Under the pieces are notes generated by a model. The model searched no databases. It was not told the origin of the DNA and saw only the letters and a program-made list of their open reading frames with translations. A stretch of 63,917 nucleotides of DNA, the filler included, from Octopus bimaculoides (Eukaryota), in assembly GCF_001194135.2 (NCBI RefSeq). It is 8 parts of 8 records of this genome, joined end to end, with 100 filler letters (N's around TTAATTAATTAA, not from the genome) between each part and the next. Parts side by side here need not be neighbours in the genome. Positions count along the whole stretch, not along the records: positions 1 to 14,902 come from NC_068983.1; 7 more parts are not named here. One strand, given 5' to 3'. Below, piece by piece: positions 1 to 13,648 of the stretch (positions within the stretch are counted from its first letter, which is position 1; every line of letters starts with the position of its first letter). The position numbers and the translations under genes are program-made.

Positions 1-108
1 AAGAAGTAAAAAAAATTTTTTGACTAAAACACAACTGGAACCCTAAGTAAGGCATGTGTAAAATTTGAATGAAATTGGTTGCGTAGTTCTCGAGTTTTAG
101 GGATTCAC

Positions 109-151
<43 letters not shown>

Positions 152-178
152 CACATTCTCATTTTTATATATATAGAT
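1..178 (+). mobile_element. 3' part of a non-autonomous Helitron/Lep1-like element with an internal (ACAG)n microsatellite
   Basis: AAATTTGAATGAAATTGGTT...(ACAG)n...ATTTTTATATATATAGAT architecture recalls Lep1/DINE-type elements; truncated by the window edge. Confidence 0.45.
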
Positions 179-831
179 TATTGAATTGAGAATTGTCTTA
201 GTCAGAATTTTTTTCTCTTTAGAAGGGTGTTTTATGTCCAAAAATGTGAATCTATGTATGGTATTAATATTTTATTCGTGTTATATGGGCCTTCTTTATT
301 TTCATTAAGAGACTTTTGTATGCTGGCAGCTTTTCGACCTCTTTCTGTGCAATGTTATTGTGTAAAGCATCGAGTTGGCTAACAGAGTGCATAGGTTTGT
401 TTTCTGCCTTTGATTGTGACATATGAGCGAATATTTTCAATCTCCTATCAGCCTGGGCAAATACGTCCTAAGATATTGAACCATGATATTTCTCTTGTAA
501 TTGTTTTTGTTGCTGTTTATTCCCAGATCAAACTCAACCTAGAACTCCCATCATGAAAGACACTCTAGGTACAACTAACTCTTTAAATACTTAAAGGTTT
601 TAACATGCTTTGAAAATAATGTTTCACAGCTTTATGACAAACAAGACAAAATGTGTATTTAGAAAATAGATATCTATTATTGTCATTTTTATATATTGTG
701 ATTACCATAATAAGATTGTAATTTTCCAAAAGATATCCATGTTCTTCGAATTATATTTGCAATTCCGTCATCACAATTTGCGTCCCTGTATAACATACTG
801 ACAAGTTATTTGAAGGAAAATATGTTTCTCT

Positions 832-890
832 CTACCTCTCGTTCTCTCCCTCTCGTTCTCTCCCTCTCGTTCTCTCCCTCTCGTTCTCTC

Positions 891-950
<60 letters not shown>
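832..950. repeat. (CT)n / CTCTCGTTCTCTCC compound microsatellite
   Basis: Directly visible. Confidence 0.95.
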
Positions 951-958
<8 letters not shown>

Positions 959-959
959 T

Positions 960-1300
960 TTATCATACATTTAAGATCCACACGAGGTTTTCCAGGGCAG
1001 GGCCGATAAAAAACAACAGTTTTCTCAAGATTTATTGTTAGATCTAATGTATTACATGCCAATGAAAATTTATCCATAAGCGCTTGAAGAACTTTTCCAT
1101 TGTATGCATCATTATCATAGTCGATCATAGAGCGTATAAGAAATCTCTTAACAGAGATACAGCAGTGTAATTTAGAACTAAGTCGTTTGAGAGTAAATAT
1201 TTTACCAGTTCTGTACAAGCACACATTTCGCCCAACGCGAAAACTTGATTGCGATGCAAGAAAAAGAAATACCGCGACGAGTGGATCGTGTCTCTTCAAA
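960..1300 (-). mobile_element. RTE-clade LINE reverse transcriptase fragment (decayed)
   Basis: Translation LYRTGKIFTLKRL...LQALMDKFSLACNTLDLTINLEKTVV matches the RTE/BovB RT region around and after the ADD motif. Confidence 0.75.
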
Positions 1301-1314
1301 GTTGTTGAACATTC

Positions 1315-1795
1315 CCATTAAAACTTCTACCAAGCACAAACATAGCAGACTGGATAATGTTGTTTAGAACAGGCATGAAATGTATGAACAGTCATAGAGA
1401 TCAGCTGCCCTGCTGATATGAATATCTCTTCGAAAATGAAAGAGAAAGAGGACAACTGCAGACTATTACTTCGAAACCTTCAGATTCTATACTCAGATTA
1501 TAAATTCCCAATTATACCAATAATAATTAGTGCACTTATAAATGTGAAGCTGACAATCAGGATAAGCTAGGTTTTCTCGAAAAAGAAATCAACCAGCTAA
1601 CTCGCATGCTGCAAATGCAATCTGTAAATGGAGCAGTAAAAATATGCAAGACTTCTCGCAAGTTCAAACTGTGAATTTTTTTAATTTTATTTATTTATTT
1701 ATTTATTTATTTATTATCTACTATCCAACAATGGAGCTTTGTATCTGCTAGAAACCAGCTCTTTCTTTAGAGGAAGATTTCAAATAATTAAAAAT
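1315..1795 (+). mobile_element. 3' end of an R4/Dong-like LINE (REL endonuclease plus 3' UTR)
   Basis: KHKHSRLDNVV...IEISCPADMNISSKMKEKEDN...IIPIIISAL; the 3' UTR (ATGGAGCTTTG...TAGAAACCAGCTC...AGAGGAAGA) is shared with 37630-37690. Confidence 0.75.
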
Positions 1796-1799
1796 AGAA

Positions 1800-2001
1800 C
1801 ATACACACACACATACACATGCATAACATACATACATACATACATACGTACGTACATACATACATACATACATACATACATACATACATACATGCATACA
1901 TACATACATACGTACATAATGCATACATACATGCATGCATACATACATACATACATACATACATACATACATACATACATACATACATACATACATACAT
2001 A
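1800..2001. repeat. (TACA)n microsatellite abutting the LINE 3' end
   Basis: Directly visible. Confidence 0.95.
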
Positions 2002-3067
2002 CCGATGACCAGTGATATACAGAACGGAAAGTTGCACGATTCTACCACATGCGAACATCAGGTGAAAGCCTTTCTGTTCACCCACTGAAGGTTATGCATG
2101 GCTATGTTGTTAGAAAGCTTTAATCATACCAACATAGATAACAAAAATAGTTTTCTAACCGATATTAATGTGATGTTAAAATTAAGAAGCTATTAAGAAG
2201 CCGGGTAGTACTATAGTCGGTCTATAATTGTAGATTTATATCCGTGATTGTTGGGGTACATAGTTGTGTAACTAACTACAGCAGCAACAACCTTGAGAAT
2301 CTGGGCTTCACATAATCGAAAAGGACACGAAAAATATAGGTCATGAAATTATGGAAATATGTAAGACATTCCAGAAGTCTGTAATAAATATTCATATATG
2401 CATATATAGATACAAAAAAATGTGTATGTACAGATATATAAAGCATACCTACACATTCAATAACATCTTTAGTTACACTCAAACATACACATGTACATAT
2501 CCATACATACATACATACATACATACATACATACATACATACATACATACATACATACATACATACATAACCAACAACTTGATGTTATTTAAATTTCAGT
2601 GAAAAGGCTTTGCTTCTGGATTAGAAAGTGGCTCCTTTTCTATTTCTGAGAAATTTAAAAGTAAAATCAGAACATTCATAAATGCATATGTGCATGCATA
2701 AATACATGTTATTAACTTTCAATGAAAGAATCTTATTTTTGGACAAGAAACCGACACTTTCTCTGTTAGAAATTTATTCTCCCCCAACTTTAAATACATT
2801 CGTACACAAACATAGCTATCACTCTCAGACGAGTATGACTCGGGAGTATGTATCTTGCTTTCACAAATGTAGTCGTACGTAGATAGAGTCACCACCCACT
2901 CAGCCGTTTCACCCCTGAATCAGCAGAACATCCACGATATGGTAGCTGGAGGAAGAGACGGCTGCATCACCATGTGTGTGTGTGTGTATTATGGGCACTG
3001 GCTTGGGACCACTGATTTTCATAGTGGCCCTTTAAGATATGCCGTTCAACTGCCCGAATAGCCACCC

Positions 3068-3344
3068 TTGCTAGCTACGCAGACGATACGAACGTCTCGC
3101 AGAAAATACAGAGCCCTCCTCCTGAGAGGCCTACACAAAGTGGATGTAGGTGTTTTCAAACCAAAACTGGACCTCTTCCTGTTGAGAGTTCCAGATGAAC
3201 CTAGCTCGCGGCAAGAGGTGCAAATGAGGGTAGCGACGTCAAACTCCTTTCTATATCAAATGACACATATTAGAGAAGGCTCTCAATAATAAAAGCATAG
3301 CAAAACACCGGTGCCCCAGCATGGCCACAGTTCTGAGCTGAAAC

Positions 3345-3345
<1 letters not shown>
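3068..3345 (+). mobile_element. CR1/L2-group LINE 3' fragment with an internal deletion
   Basis: ASYADDTNVSQKI is joined to the C-terminal VFKPKLDLFLLRVPDEP...SNSF; ends in GGTGCCCCAGCATGGCCACAG...TGAAAC. Confidence 0.65.
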
Positions 3346-3386
<41 letters not shown>

Positions 3387-4261
3387 NNNNNNNNNNNNNN
3401 NNNNNNNNNNNNNNNNNNNNNNNNNNNNNNNNNNNNNNNNNNNNNNNNNNNNNNNNNNNNNNNNNNNNNNNNNNNNNNNNNNNNNNNNNNNNNNNNNNNN
3501 NNNNNNNNNNNNNNNNNNNNNNNNNNNNNNNNNNNNNNNNNNNNNNNNNNNNNNNNNNNNNNNNNNNNNNNNNNNNNNNNNNNNNNNNNNNNNNNNNNNN
3601 NNNNNNNNNNNNNNNNNNNNNNNNNNNNNNNNNNNNNNNNNNNNNNNNNNNNNNNNNNNNNNNNNNNNNNNNNNNNNNNNNNNNNNNNNNNNNNNNNNNN
3701 NNNNNNNNNNNNNNNNNNNNNNNNNNNNNNNNNNNNNNNNNNNNNNNNNNNNNNNNNNNNNNNNNNNNNNNNNNNNNNNNNNNNNNNNNNNNNNNNNNNN
3801 NNNNNNNNNNNNNNNNNNNNNNNNNNNNNNNNNNNNNNNNNNNNNNNNNNNNNNNNNNNNNNNNNNNNNNNNNNNNNNNNNNNNNNNNNNNNNNNNNNNN
3901 NNNNNNNNNNNNNNNNNNNNNNNNNNNNNNNNNNNNNNNNNNNNNNNNNNNNNNNNNNNNNNNNNNNNTCTACAAAACTTCGAAGTCACTGTCATACTTT
4001 GCAGAACTCTTTATACTCCACATATGTGTCTGTGCGTATGTGTATGTTTATATATACATCCATACGTGTGTGTGTGTGTGTGTGTGTGTGTGTCTGTGTG
4101 TGTGTGTGTCTGCATATGTGCATGTAGGAATGTGTACTTGTATATGTATTTGTGCGTAAGTATGTGGAAATCCATATGAAAAAGCAAAGTTTGAGATGTT
4201 CTGGGAGAAGTCAATGTTGTTATTTTATTTGTTTTCCATTGTTTATTTTACTGTGTATATT

Positions 4262-4297
<36 letters not shown>

Positions 4298-4750
4298 TGT
4301 GTGTGTGCGCGCGTGTGCCTCTCTGTGTATGTGTGGGTGTATATGTAAGTGTATGACCCTGTATGTTTGTGTGAGTATATGAGTAGGTGTATGAAGTGAG
4401 ACCACAAATTCATAAAAAAAAAGAAAATAGTAATGACAAAAAGGGGGAAGGAAAAGAGGAAGACATTCATCCAATATTGACATTTCATGTTTACTTTCAC
4501 CTCAAAGGAGTGTTTTGGGTTTTGAATAAATGTTAGAAGTGTTTGATTTATTGGTTGAGAAGGGAGGTGACACCCGTTGTTTGCAGGAAGGTTTGTTGGA
4601 AATCTCATCGCTGCAGCTTTCGTTTTGACTTTGTTTTCCCGATTTGTTCTTTCTTAATCGTTTTTATAACTTTGCCCTTGTGACAAATAACGAAATCGGC
4701 GTTTTCTATAACTGCTACTACTACTATTATTATTATTTATTTATTTTTAT

Positions 4751-4835
4751 TCGGTGTCGATAAATTAAGTACCAGTGAAACACAGGGGTTGATGTTATCG
4801 ACTAGTTTCCTTCCCTAAAAGTTTCAGGCCTTGTT
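4751..4835 (+). mobile_element. SINE family A, 3' fragment
   Basis: GTCGATAAATTAAGTACCAG...TTTCAGGCCTTGT matches the copies at 12.8, 17.5, 28.5 and 34.7 kb. Confidence 0.7.
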
Positions 4836-7099
4836 GTTGTTGTCGATCATCACCATCTTCCTCAACGTAATCAACAATATACCATTGAGTCATAACCAAT
4901 TTTCATGTTGTAGTCATATGTTATGTCTCAAGCTACTGCTATCTAGCACCTTCGGATGATCTCTACTCAACCGCTACACGACTGCTACTCAACAGCTACT
5001 GAACTCACCTACCACGGCCAGACTACTTTTATTTATATGTCTTGGGCGATCCTACTTCTTCGCTTGGGGGCGTCGACACATCATAAATTTATGACTTCAA
5101 ATCTTCTTAACTCTTCAACTCTTTGCAAACGATTCTATTAGTACAGATACAAATTGTTACTTCTCCAAACACTCTGTTGTCTTTGTCACAATTCTAACAT
5201 CATTCTATTTAAGCGGTGCTTTGTACCAAGATATATCTTGGTAAACCGGAGTGTCTGCTCTTCCAGATTTCGTACCGTCAATCAGGAAGTTCATTTACAT
5301 TCCATTCTCACTTTACGGGTGTCTGGAAATGATTAAGTATATGCCTCTGCTCAAGATGTTCCTTGAAGGACAGCCAGTACCTTTCATACATAATGACGTT
5401 TTTCACTCAGCTTGTAAACCTTTGCCGATTTGAATCGAGTATTGATCGAAAACGAACTCTTAACATCTTGTTATTTGGCATCGACAACGTTCCACTATTA
5501 AGCAATACAGCAATTCATGTGGATGACATATCTTCCATGGAGGATATCGGTCGTGATGGCTTAGATATTAACCCTTGACATCAACAATGAAACATTATAC
5601 AGAAGACTTTCAAGGACTTTCGAGACAAGCATTATAGACAATTTCTAACGGTGAGATGTGTTGAGGTAAACGAAACTGTTCTATACATGTTTGCGCATAC
5701 CTCCAACTCACCTAGTTGTAGGCCAATGTTAGTTAGTTGCTGCGTTGTGTGAAATGAATCAAGTTGTCATAAACATTGTTCCAACAATTCTCTTTAACAA
5801 GGAATGTCGGCCAGTGTTTTATTTTAACTTTCATTTTATTTTAATGTTTTTTGTTTCATTTTGTTTTTGTTTTTATGATTATAACAAAAAAAGATAGCGA
5901 AATGATAAGATTAGAAAATTTAGTATAGCTAGAGGCACAACTCCCAAGTTTCGTTTGTAGACTGACAACAAATAGTACGTGTAATTTATACTGAGTACAT
6001 TTGATGTTTTGTGACATACTCTGGATATGCTTTATGAAGCTATTCTCGTTCTGAGGCATTAATATATTTTTACCTCAAACACTTCTGGCTTTGTAAGAAT
6101 ATTAGACATCAGTATCATATATGATCTAATGATGAGGTTTTCAATGTAAGAGCTAAGCTCTCGACAGCACAAGATTTTAATGCAATGTCTACTTCCATTT
6201 GATGTTATTTTACTTCATATTTTACTTCAAAAAAGGCCTTGATAAAAGTATAAATGAATTATTTATTTCTTACTTTGTATACATCATCAGTTTCACATCT
6301 TTGCTAATGATCAAGAACAAGTCCAAGTGTTGAATAGGAGACTAATTTCCAATTTAAACGACTTCATATCACTGATTCCCCTTTCTGAAATATACAACCA
6401 TAGTCGCTCGACCTTTTTGATAAAGAAGCCAAGACTGGTAGTATTGTCAGGGGTAGATTATTTTTTATAGAAAATAATAACCGAGTTGTCATAAGTTAAA
6501 TGATTTACACCATTGGTCTGCTATGTCAAAGCCGATTGGTGGTCTAAATAACAAAAACAAAAATTATAGGCTGAGGAAGTTTACAAATCAGTTGCGAGTT
6601 CTTTATTTGCAACTTCCCTTTATGCCACAGATGATCTTTAGAAAGGTATGAATTCTCAATTGATAACTTGAGATCAGTAGCAGTGGCTAACTGTTAAATG
6701 ATTCTGTTCTTATAAAGTCAAACACACTCAATTCTCTTTAACCTGTACGCAAGAGTGTAATTTTGAATACAAATTTCTTCATGGCCAGTCCTGGTACACA
6801 GTCTGTATAATTGATCCGCACTATACACACCACGAAATGAGACAGCATACGTTGATGATGACGATGAAGATGAAGATGAGAAGAAAGATGAGGAAGGTGA
6901 TTACTATCATCTTCATCATTATCATGAACATCATCATCATCATCATCATCACCACCACCTCCACCACCACCATCAGCATCACACCATTAAACCGAAATGA
7001 TATTTTGCAAGAAAAATTACCCTGAAAATTAATTACAAATTCTCGAGAAGAAAATAATTCTCTTTAGAAACACTGAAGTATCTCAGGATTTGGTTCATC

Positions 7100-7508
<409 letters not shown>

Positions 7509-8309
7509 TAAAGATATTTTCTTCGGAAAATCTTTATAAATGGCAAAATATTAGAGTGACCGACGTTAAAGAAAAGGAAAGAGGTTTTATACATTCAATA
7601 GCAATAGGGGATATAACTAAACGTAGGTGTGCATGTGTATGTGTGTCTGTCCGTGTGCTGGTAAGGTGTATAAAATATGTTTCTTTCAGTGTCAGTACAT
7701 AAACTGTGAATCTAGTATGTAAGAATGTATTGATATGGCGTAGAGAGATATGTTTTGGTTCCTTTACATCTGCTGTGTGGACATGTAAGTGAATGTATAT
7801 GTTTGTGTACGTGTGTCTTTGTATATTAGTTAAGTCGATCCGTGCGTGCACGCTATATAGTTCTGTGACGCAGAGTAGTTTTATGTATGTATGGATGGAT
7901 GCATGCATGTGTGTGTTATCTGTGTAATCGTGGAGGTAGCGCAAAACTATTGTAATGGTAATATTGGATGTGTGCAAGTATATAAATATATATAAAGTTG
8001 TACGTGTGTCATTGCAGTGAAAGTATACATGCCTCTATGTTGCTATGTATATTTCTGGAGCCTAGTATGTATGAGTGTATACATATGTCAGCTGTTCGCA
8101 TGCATGCTATGTAAGTGTTTATCATAAACAAACGCATTGTGGTGCGCTTCTTTATGATAAAATTGTGGAAGTGATATGGAAGATGTATGTATGTGTATGT
8201 GTGCGTATGTATATGAATGTGTTTTTAGGGAGTATGCGTATTGCTTAAATGTTGCAATTGCATATGTGTTTGTGTGTGCTATGTGTGCGTAAGAAACTGA
8301 TGATAGGTG

Positions 8310-9525
8310 TATTGAAAAAAACTAATGTAATGATTGATTTCTTGCGGTGAGTGTTTGGAGAGAGAAGATGAACTTTCGTTCACGTTGGAGACGAGAATTC
8401 GCGAACTGCTGTGTGGAACTAAAACGAATATGGAGAGATACTGAGCAGAGTGTTCCATAGAAGAAAAAATAGCATAAAATGGAAAAACTGTTGCCGAGAC
8501 GGGTGTCTCTAGTGAAGTGGTCGAATGAACATCATCAAGTCTGTTATATAGGAAGTTACACAGGGAGCATTTTAAGCGATAGATAAGATTGGTACAGGGG
8601 CAGGCGAAGGAGTCGTAAATAGATTGGTTCTTAGATCCGATAAGATAAGCGGTCTTGGAGAAGGAACAGGTGTAGCAGCGGAGGTAAGAGTACGGAATGT
8701 CTTCAGGCTGAGTGTGGAGTAGGAAAGGAGTTATATATGAATGGATAACGTAGGTTAGGGGTGTTCTTAAAGAATGGTAGGGTAGGATAGGAAGATGTGG
8801 ACGTGATGGATCACATAGAAGGATTCGGGGTGCACACAGGATAGTGTACCGGAAGAGTAGTATGGAGGGAAACAAAGGCGGATGGAGTAGTCGACTTCAA
8901 GGACAGCTTCGATTTGGTGGCTCTCGACGTTGACTATCATGTGCTGAGGTTAAGCCTCAAAGTCAAAGTTACGACTACAGAAACGAGGGAGTCGGTAAAG
9001 TCAAGGTAGATATTAGGAGTCGATGGTTTTTTCGAAGATGGAGATGATTAGGGCCAAGAATGGGTGATTCAAAGAGTCAGAGACCTCTAGAAAGTTGACT
9101 CTAGGAGCAAAGTTGACAAAGGAGCNNNNNNNNNNCCATCGACTCCTAATATCTACCTTGACTTTACCGACTCCCTCGTTTCTGTAGTCGTAACTTTGAC
9201 TTTGAGGCTTAACCTCAGCACATGATAGTCAACGTCGAGAGCCACCAAATCGAAGCTGTCCTTGAAGTCGACTACTCCATCCGCCTTTGTTTCCCTCCAT
9301 ACTACTCTTCCGGTACACTATCCTGTGTGCACCCCGAGAGAGAGAGAGAGAGAGAGAGAGAGCACCTATGCAGTCAAATGTGAAACGACTGTATAGCTCA
9401 GGAGCGGATCCGATGAACTATGAGAAGATCTGAGCTTCAGCATAGACAACGATCAGGTTGGTATAGTTGGTGTCCATCACAGTACCCATAGCCAACCCCA
9501 GAGACATGTTAACAGAAATGTTCTG
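8310..9525 (-). mobile_element. Penelope-like element, Neptune-type (RT plus Cys linker plus GIY-YIG), decayed
   Basis: GLAMGTVMDTNYTNL...PELYSRFTFDCIG (RT motifs) at 9363-9520; LRCYTCSF...FACPCTNLIYRLKCSLCNFLY (zinc linker and GIY-YIG start) at about 8560-8700. Confidence 0.75.
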
Positions 9526-10464
9526 CGTAGGGCATGATAGATCTGATCCATCAGACCTATAATAAAAAAAACCTTCCAGTTATGAACACCCGTCTTTTGT
9601 ATATCGAAGACAAATCTGTCCAATCATTTTCTTTTAAATTCTTGTTTTACTAATGGCATTCACTGATTTTCACTACATGCACATTGTGAATTGGTTTCCT
9701 TTTATTAATGTTAGAAAGATTTAGAATTGTTTTCCTTTTATTAATGTTTTCCTTTATTAATGTGAGAAATATTTAGCTGCTATTTCTTGCACATCTACAC
9801 CTTTCTCCCATAAAAAGCCCCTTCGCCGACTGGAATATCTAACGATATATCCCTTGCTTTTTTAACTCTTGAAAGAGTTAGGCTTGTCTCAGGCTTCTGT
9901 AACGTTGGTTCAATGATAGAGAAGTATAAACATGGATACAACGCAAGTTACAAATATTACTTCCAGATTGTCCCGTTATTTAATTCGCACAGCTAAATGA
10001 AGTGATGTACTTAAACGAGAGATTGAATAAATCTCTTACATCAGCTATCATAAATTTAAACACAATAAATTGCTGATAGAATACTTTACCGCTTGAAATA
10101 ACGGCCAGATCTCCCTTGAATCATACACCTATTATCTTAAAATACAATATATTCAATAATGTAGTTTTGGATATGTAGTTCAGAAAATGTGGGACGGTCA
10201 CCATTATAATGAACATAAGTTTTCTGACTTGGGGCTTAAACAGCAAATACAACAAAAATAACACCTGGACCTTTGAGGCCTTTGGTGGAGTTCACTCTGC
10301 TGCAAACTTTCCAACAAATTATCATATCCACTCCCTGCCTAGGTTTACCAGCAAGCATATTGACATATAGATGTTCAGGCTGGGCAACAGCCGCAACAGT
10401 CTCCCAACTCCAAGAGCGACTGGAAAGGTCATGGGTCTTGGGTCATGAGTTCTCTCTTCTCCTG

Positions 10465-10562
10465 GAAGAAGAAGAAGAAGAAGAAGAAGAAGAAGAAGAA
10501 GAAGAAGAAGAAGAAGAAGAAGAAGAAGAAGAAGAAGAATGATGACGATGACGATGATGATG
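10465..10562. repeat. (GAA)n followed by (GAT)n microsatellite
   Basis: Directly visible. Confidence 0.95.
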
Positions 10563-11053
10563 AATCTTACATACTTAGGGGAAGATATATGTACCTACCC
10601 ACCCCCGACTAACATCCCATAGACCTCCCAGATTGGTGTAAGGCTATGTACGAAGTGGTATGAAGATAGGACAAAAAGGCTTGTGTTTCTACTTATCTAT
10701 CTCATTACAAAAATAACACACACATACACACATACACACACACACACACATACACACAAACACACACACACATGCATACACACACACACATGCATGTGTG
10801 TATGTGTGTGCGTATGTATGTGTGGTTATTTATGTATAAACGTACTTGCGTATGTATGTATGTGTGTTTACTTGTATGGGTATATATATATATATATAGG
10901 TATGTGTGTGTGTGTGTGCGTGTGTGTGTGTATATGTGTGTACGTATATATAAATATACATGTGTATATATATATANNNNNNNNNNTATATATGTATGTA
11001 TACATATATACATATATACATTTATATACATTACGTATATATATATATATATG

Positions 11054-11084
<31 letters not shown>

Positions 11085-11388
11085 AGCATATGTGAGATTA
11101 TGTTTATATGTAAATATATTTGTGTGTAAGTGTGTATTACTGTATATGCGCCCGTGTCTACTTGTGTATGTATAGGACTATATCTACATATACATACATA
11201 AACACACACACAAATGCATAAATAAAGACAAGAAGATTCAGAACACATATATATGGTGGCGTTTCACATGTAATAATACACGCAACATCAAGTGCGAATA
11301 AGATACACACTGCCTTGGAACTGGACTACATAGATATGGAACTAATAAAACGAAGGTGAGATTCTCCACCTGCTCATAGATAAGTACA

Positions 11389-11441
<53 letters not shown>

Positions 11442-11654
11442 NNNNNNNNNNNNNNNNNNNNNNNNNNNNNNNNNNNNNNNNNNNNNNNNNNNNNNNNNNN
11501 NNNNNNNNNNNNNNNNNNNNNNNNNNNNNNNNNNNNNNNNNNNNNNNNNNNNNNNNNNNNNNNNNNNNNNNNNNNNNNNNNNNNNNNNNNNNNNNNNNNN
11601 NNNNNNNNNNNNNNNNNNNNNNNNNNNNNNNNNNNNNNNNNNNNNNNNNNNNNN

Positions 11655-11695
<41 letters not shown>

Positions 11696-12008
11696 CACAC
11701 ATATACATACATACATACACACATATACATACATATATATACACTCACAGACACACATACATACATACATAAAATTGTATGGATGTAAGTATGCGTGCTT
11801 GTGTATGTATCGCATATTGAAGAACATGGAGAGGTTTGCTGCTAATATGTATAGTATATAAATATAAATAAGTGACTATACGTATACATATATATAGAGA
11901 GAGAGAAATAGATGCGCGCGCGCACACATACAGATACATGCTTGCATGCAAATACTCATAAATACATACACACATGCAAACATACATACGTAAGTACACA
12001 TATATATA

Positions 12009-12046
<38 letters not shown>

Positions 12047-12789
12047 NNNNNNNNNNNNNNNNNNNNNNNNNNNNNNNNNNNNNNNNNNNNNNNNNNNNNN
12101 NNNNNNNNNNNNNNNNNNNNNNNNNNNNNNNNNNNNNNNNNNNNNNNNNNNNNNNNNNNNNNNNNNNNNNNNNNNNNNNNNNNNNNNNNNNNNNNNNNNN
12201 NNNNNNNNNNNNNNNNNNNNNNNNNNNNNNNNNNNNNNNNNNNNNNNNNNNNNNNNNNNNNNNNNNNNNNNNNNNNNNNNNNNNNNNNNNNNNNNNNNNN
12301 NNNNNNNNNNNNNNNNNNNNNNNNNNNNNNNNNNNNNNNNNNNNNNNNNNNNNNNNNNNNNNNNNNNNNNNNNNNNNNNNNNNNNNNNNNNNNNNNNNNN
12401 NNNNNNNNNNNNNNNNNNNNNNNNNNNNNNNNNNNNNNNNNNNNNNNNNNNNNNNNATATATGCATATATATACATACATACGCGACCATATACATGCAA
12501 AACGTAAGAAGGAAGACTGAATTCCTAAAACGGTTACTTATGACTAATACGGCTAATGATAGTCTATATTTCTCACTCGTTGCGATTAGAGTTATAAACT
12601 GAGGTATAGTTTCCCGTCTGCCTAAACCTACGAACGGTTTAGGTGAAGTCATTTCACTTCGTTTACGTCACTATTCGTCACGAGAAACTATGAATATTAT
12701 AAAACATTATTTTACCTGTCTCCACTTGATATTTGTGATCTGAGATTATGTTAGAAAATCATTCGTAGAACTTTGAGAGGATCAGACAA

Positions 12790-12960
12790 ACTGCCTTGTA
12801 GTATTTGTTCCACTTCTTTATATTCTGAGCTCGGATCACGCCAAGGTCGACGTTGCCTTTCATCCTTTCGGGGTCGATAAAATAAAGTACCAGTGGTGCA
12901 ATGAGTTGATTGTAGCAACTATCCCTTCCCCTCTCAAAATGGATTACCTTGTACAGAAGT
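12790..12960 (+). mobile_element. SINE family A (tRNA head, Meta-like core)
   Basis: GTCGAC.TTGCCTTTCATCCTTTCGGGGTCGATAAA core motif. Confidence 0.75.
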
Positions 12961-12984
12961 GAGTCGATGTAGTACCAGCTAGTG

Positions 12985-13506
12985 GCTCTCATGGCTTCTG
13001 ACCTTAACTGATTGGAAGTGTTATCATGTACATTGTTTTGTCTTCGTATAAAAGATGAACTACAGCAAATATTTTGCTAAATACCACAGATTTGCTCGTC
13101 AGGTGTTTGACATTAACCAGTTGAACATGTCCCTTAGTGGCTGACGATATGTGAATCTCTGATCATGAGCAGAAGTAGTGGAGGAGCATCATAGCCATAT
13201 GTTGAGATGAATTCTTTGAGGTTTGAATCATTCACCTCTGAATGTTTTAACATCCTAAAACAACCCTCGTTCATCATCCTTAAACAACTCTCATTCAGGG
13301 TCCTTTTGAGTGGGATGGGATACTCAACCAGAAGAAAATTCTAACTGGACCCCACCTGTAAGGTCATGAGCTGTTTATCTTGATCACATATGGTTGTAAT
13401 GCATGTGTTTGGTGTACCCTTATCAGATGGAGTCATGATGGCTATATTCGGCTTCGTATATTTGTATCCCAGTATCACTTTAATGGCATGCATTGCTCTC
13501 TCACTC

Positions 13507-13550
<44 letters not shown>
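12985..13550 (+). mobile_element. Probable retroposon 3' region ending in a (AAT)n tail
   Basis: Non-coding ~0.5-kb block ending CTCTCTCACTC(AAT)n; recalled as a common octopus interspersed repeat, not confirmed within the window. Confidence 0.4.
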
Positions 13551-13552
<2 letters not shown>

Positions 13553-13648
13553 TAGTCAAAAGTCATGTCGGATCAGAGGATATATTAACAATGACAAATA
13601 GTAAAAAAAAATGAAGATAATAGTATCAGTGATGATAATAATAATAAT

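Noticed and set aside
5150-5580. Possible minus-strand GIY-YIG/PLE remnant (FTS*VKNVIMY...FKEH)
   Set aside because: Too degraded to support by eye; needs a TBLASTN or HMM search.
10683-12652. Many long ORFs of YI/HT/CV repeats or spanning Ns (also 25912-26853 and 59442-60761)
   Set aside because: These are translations of microsatellites and gaps.
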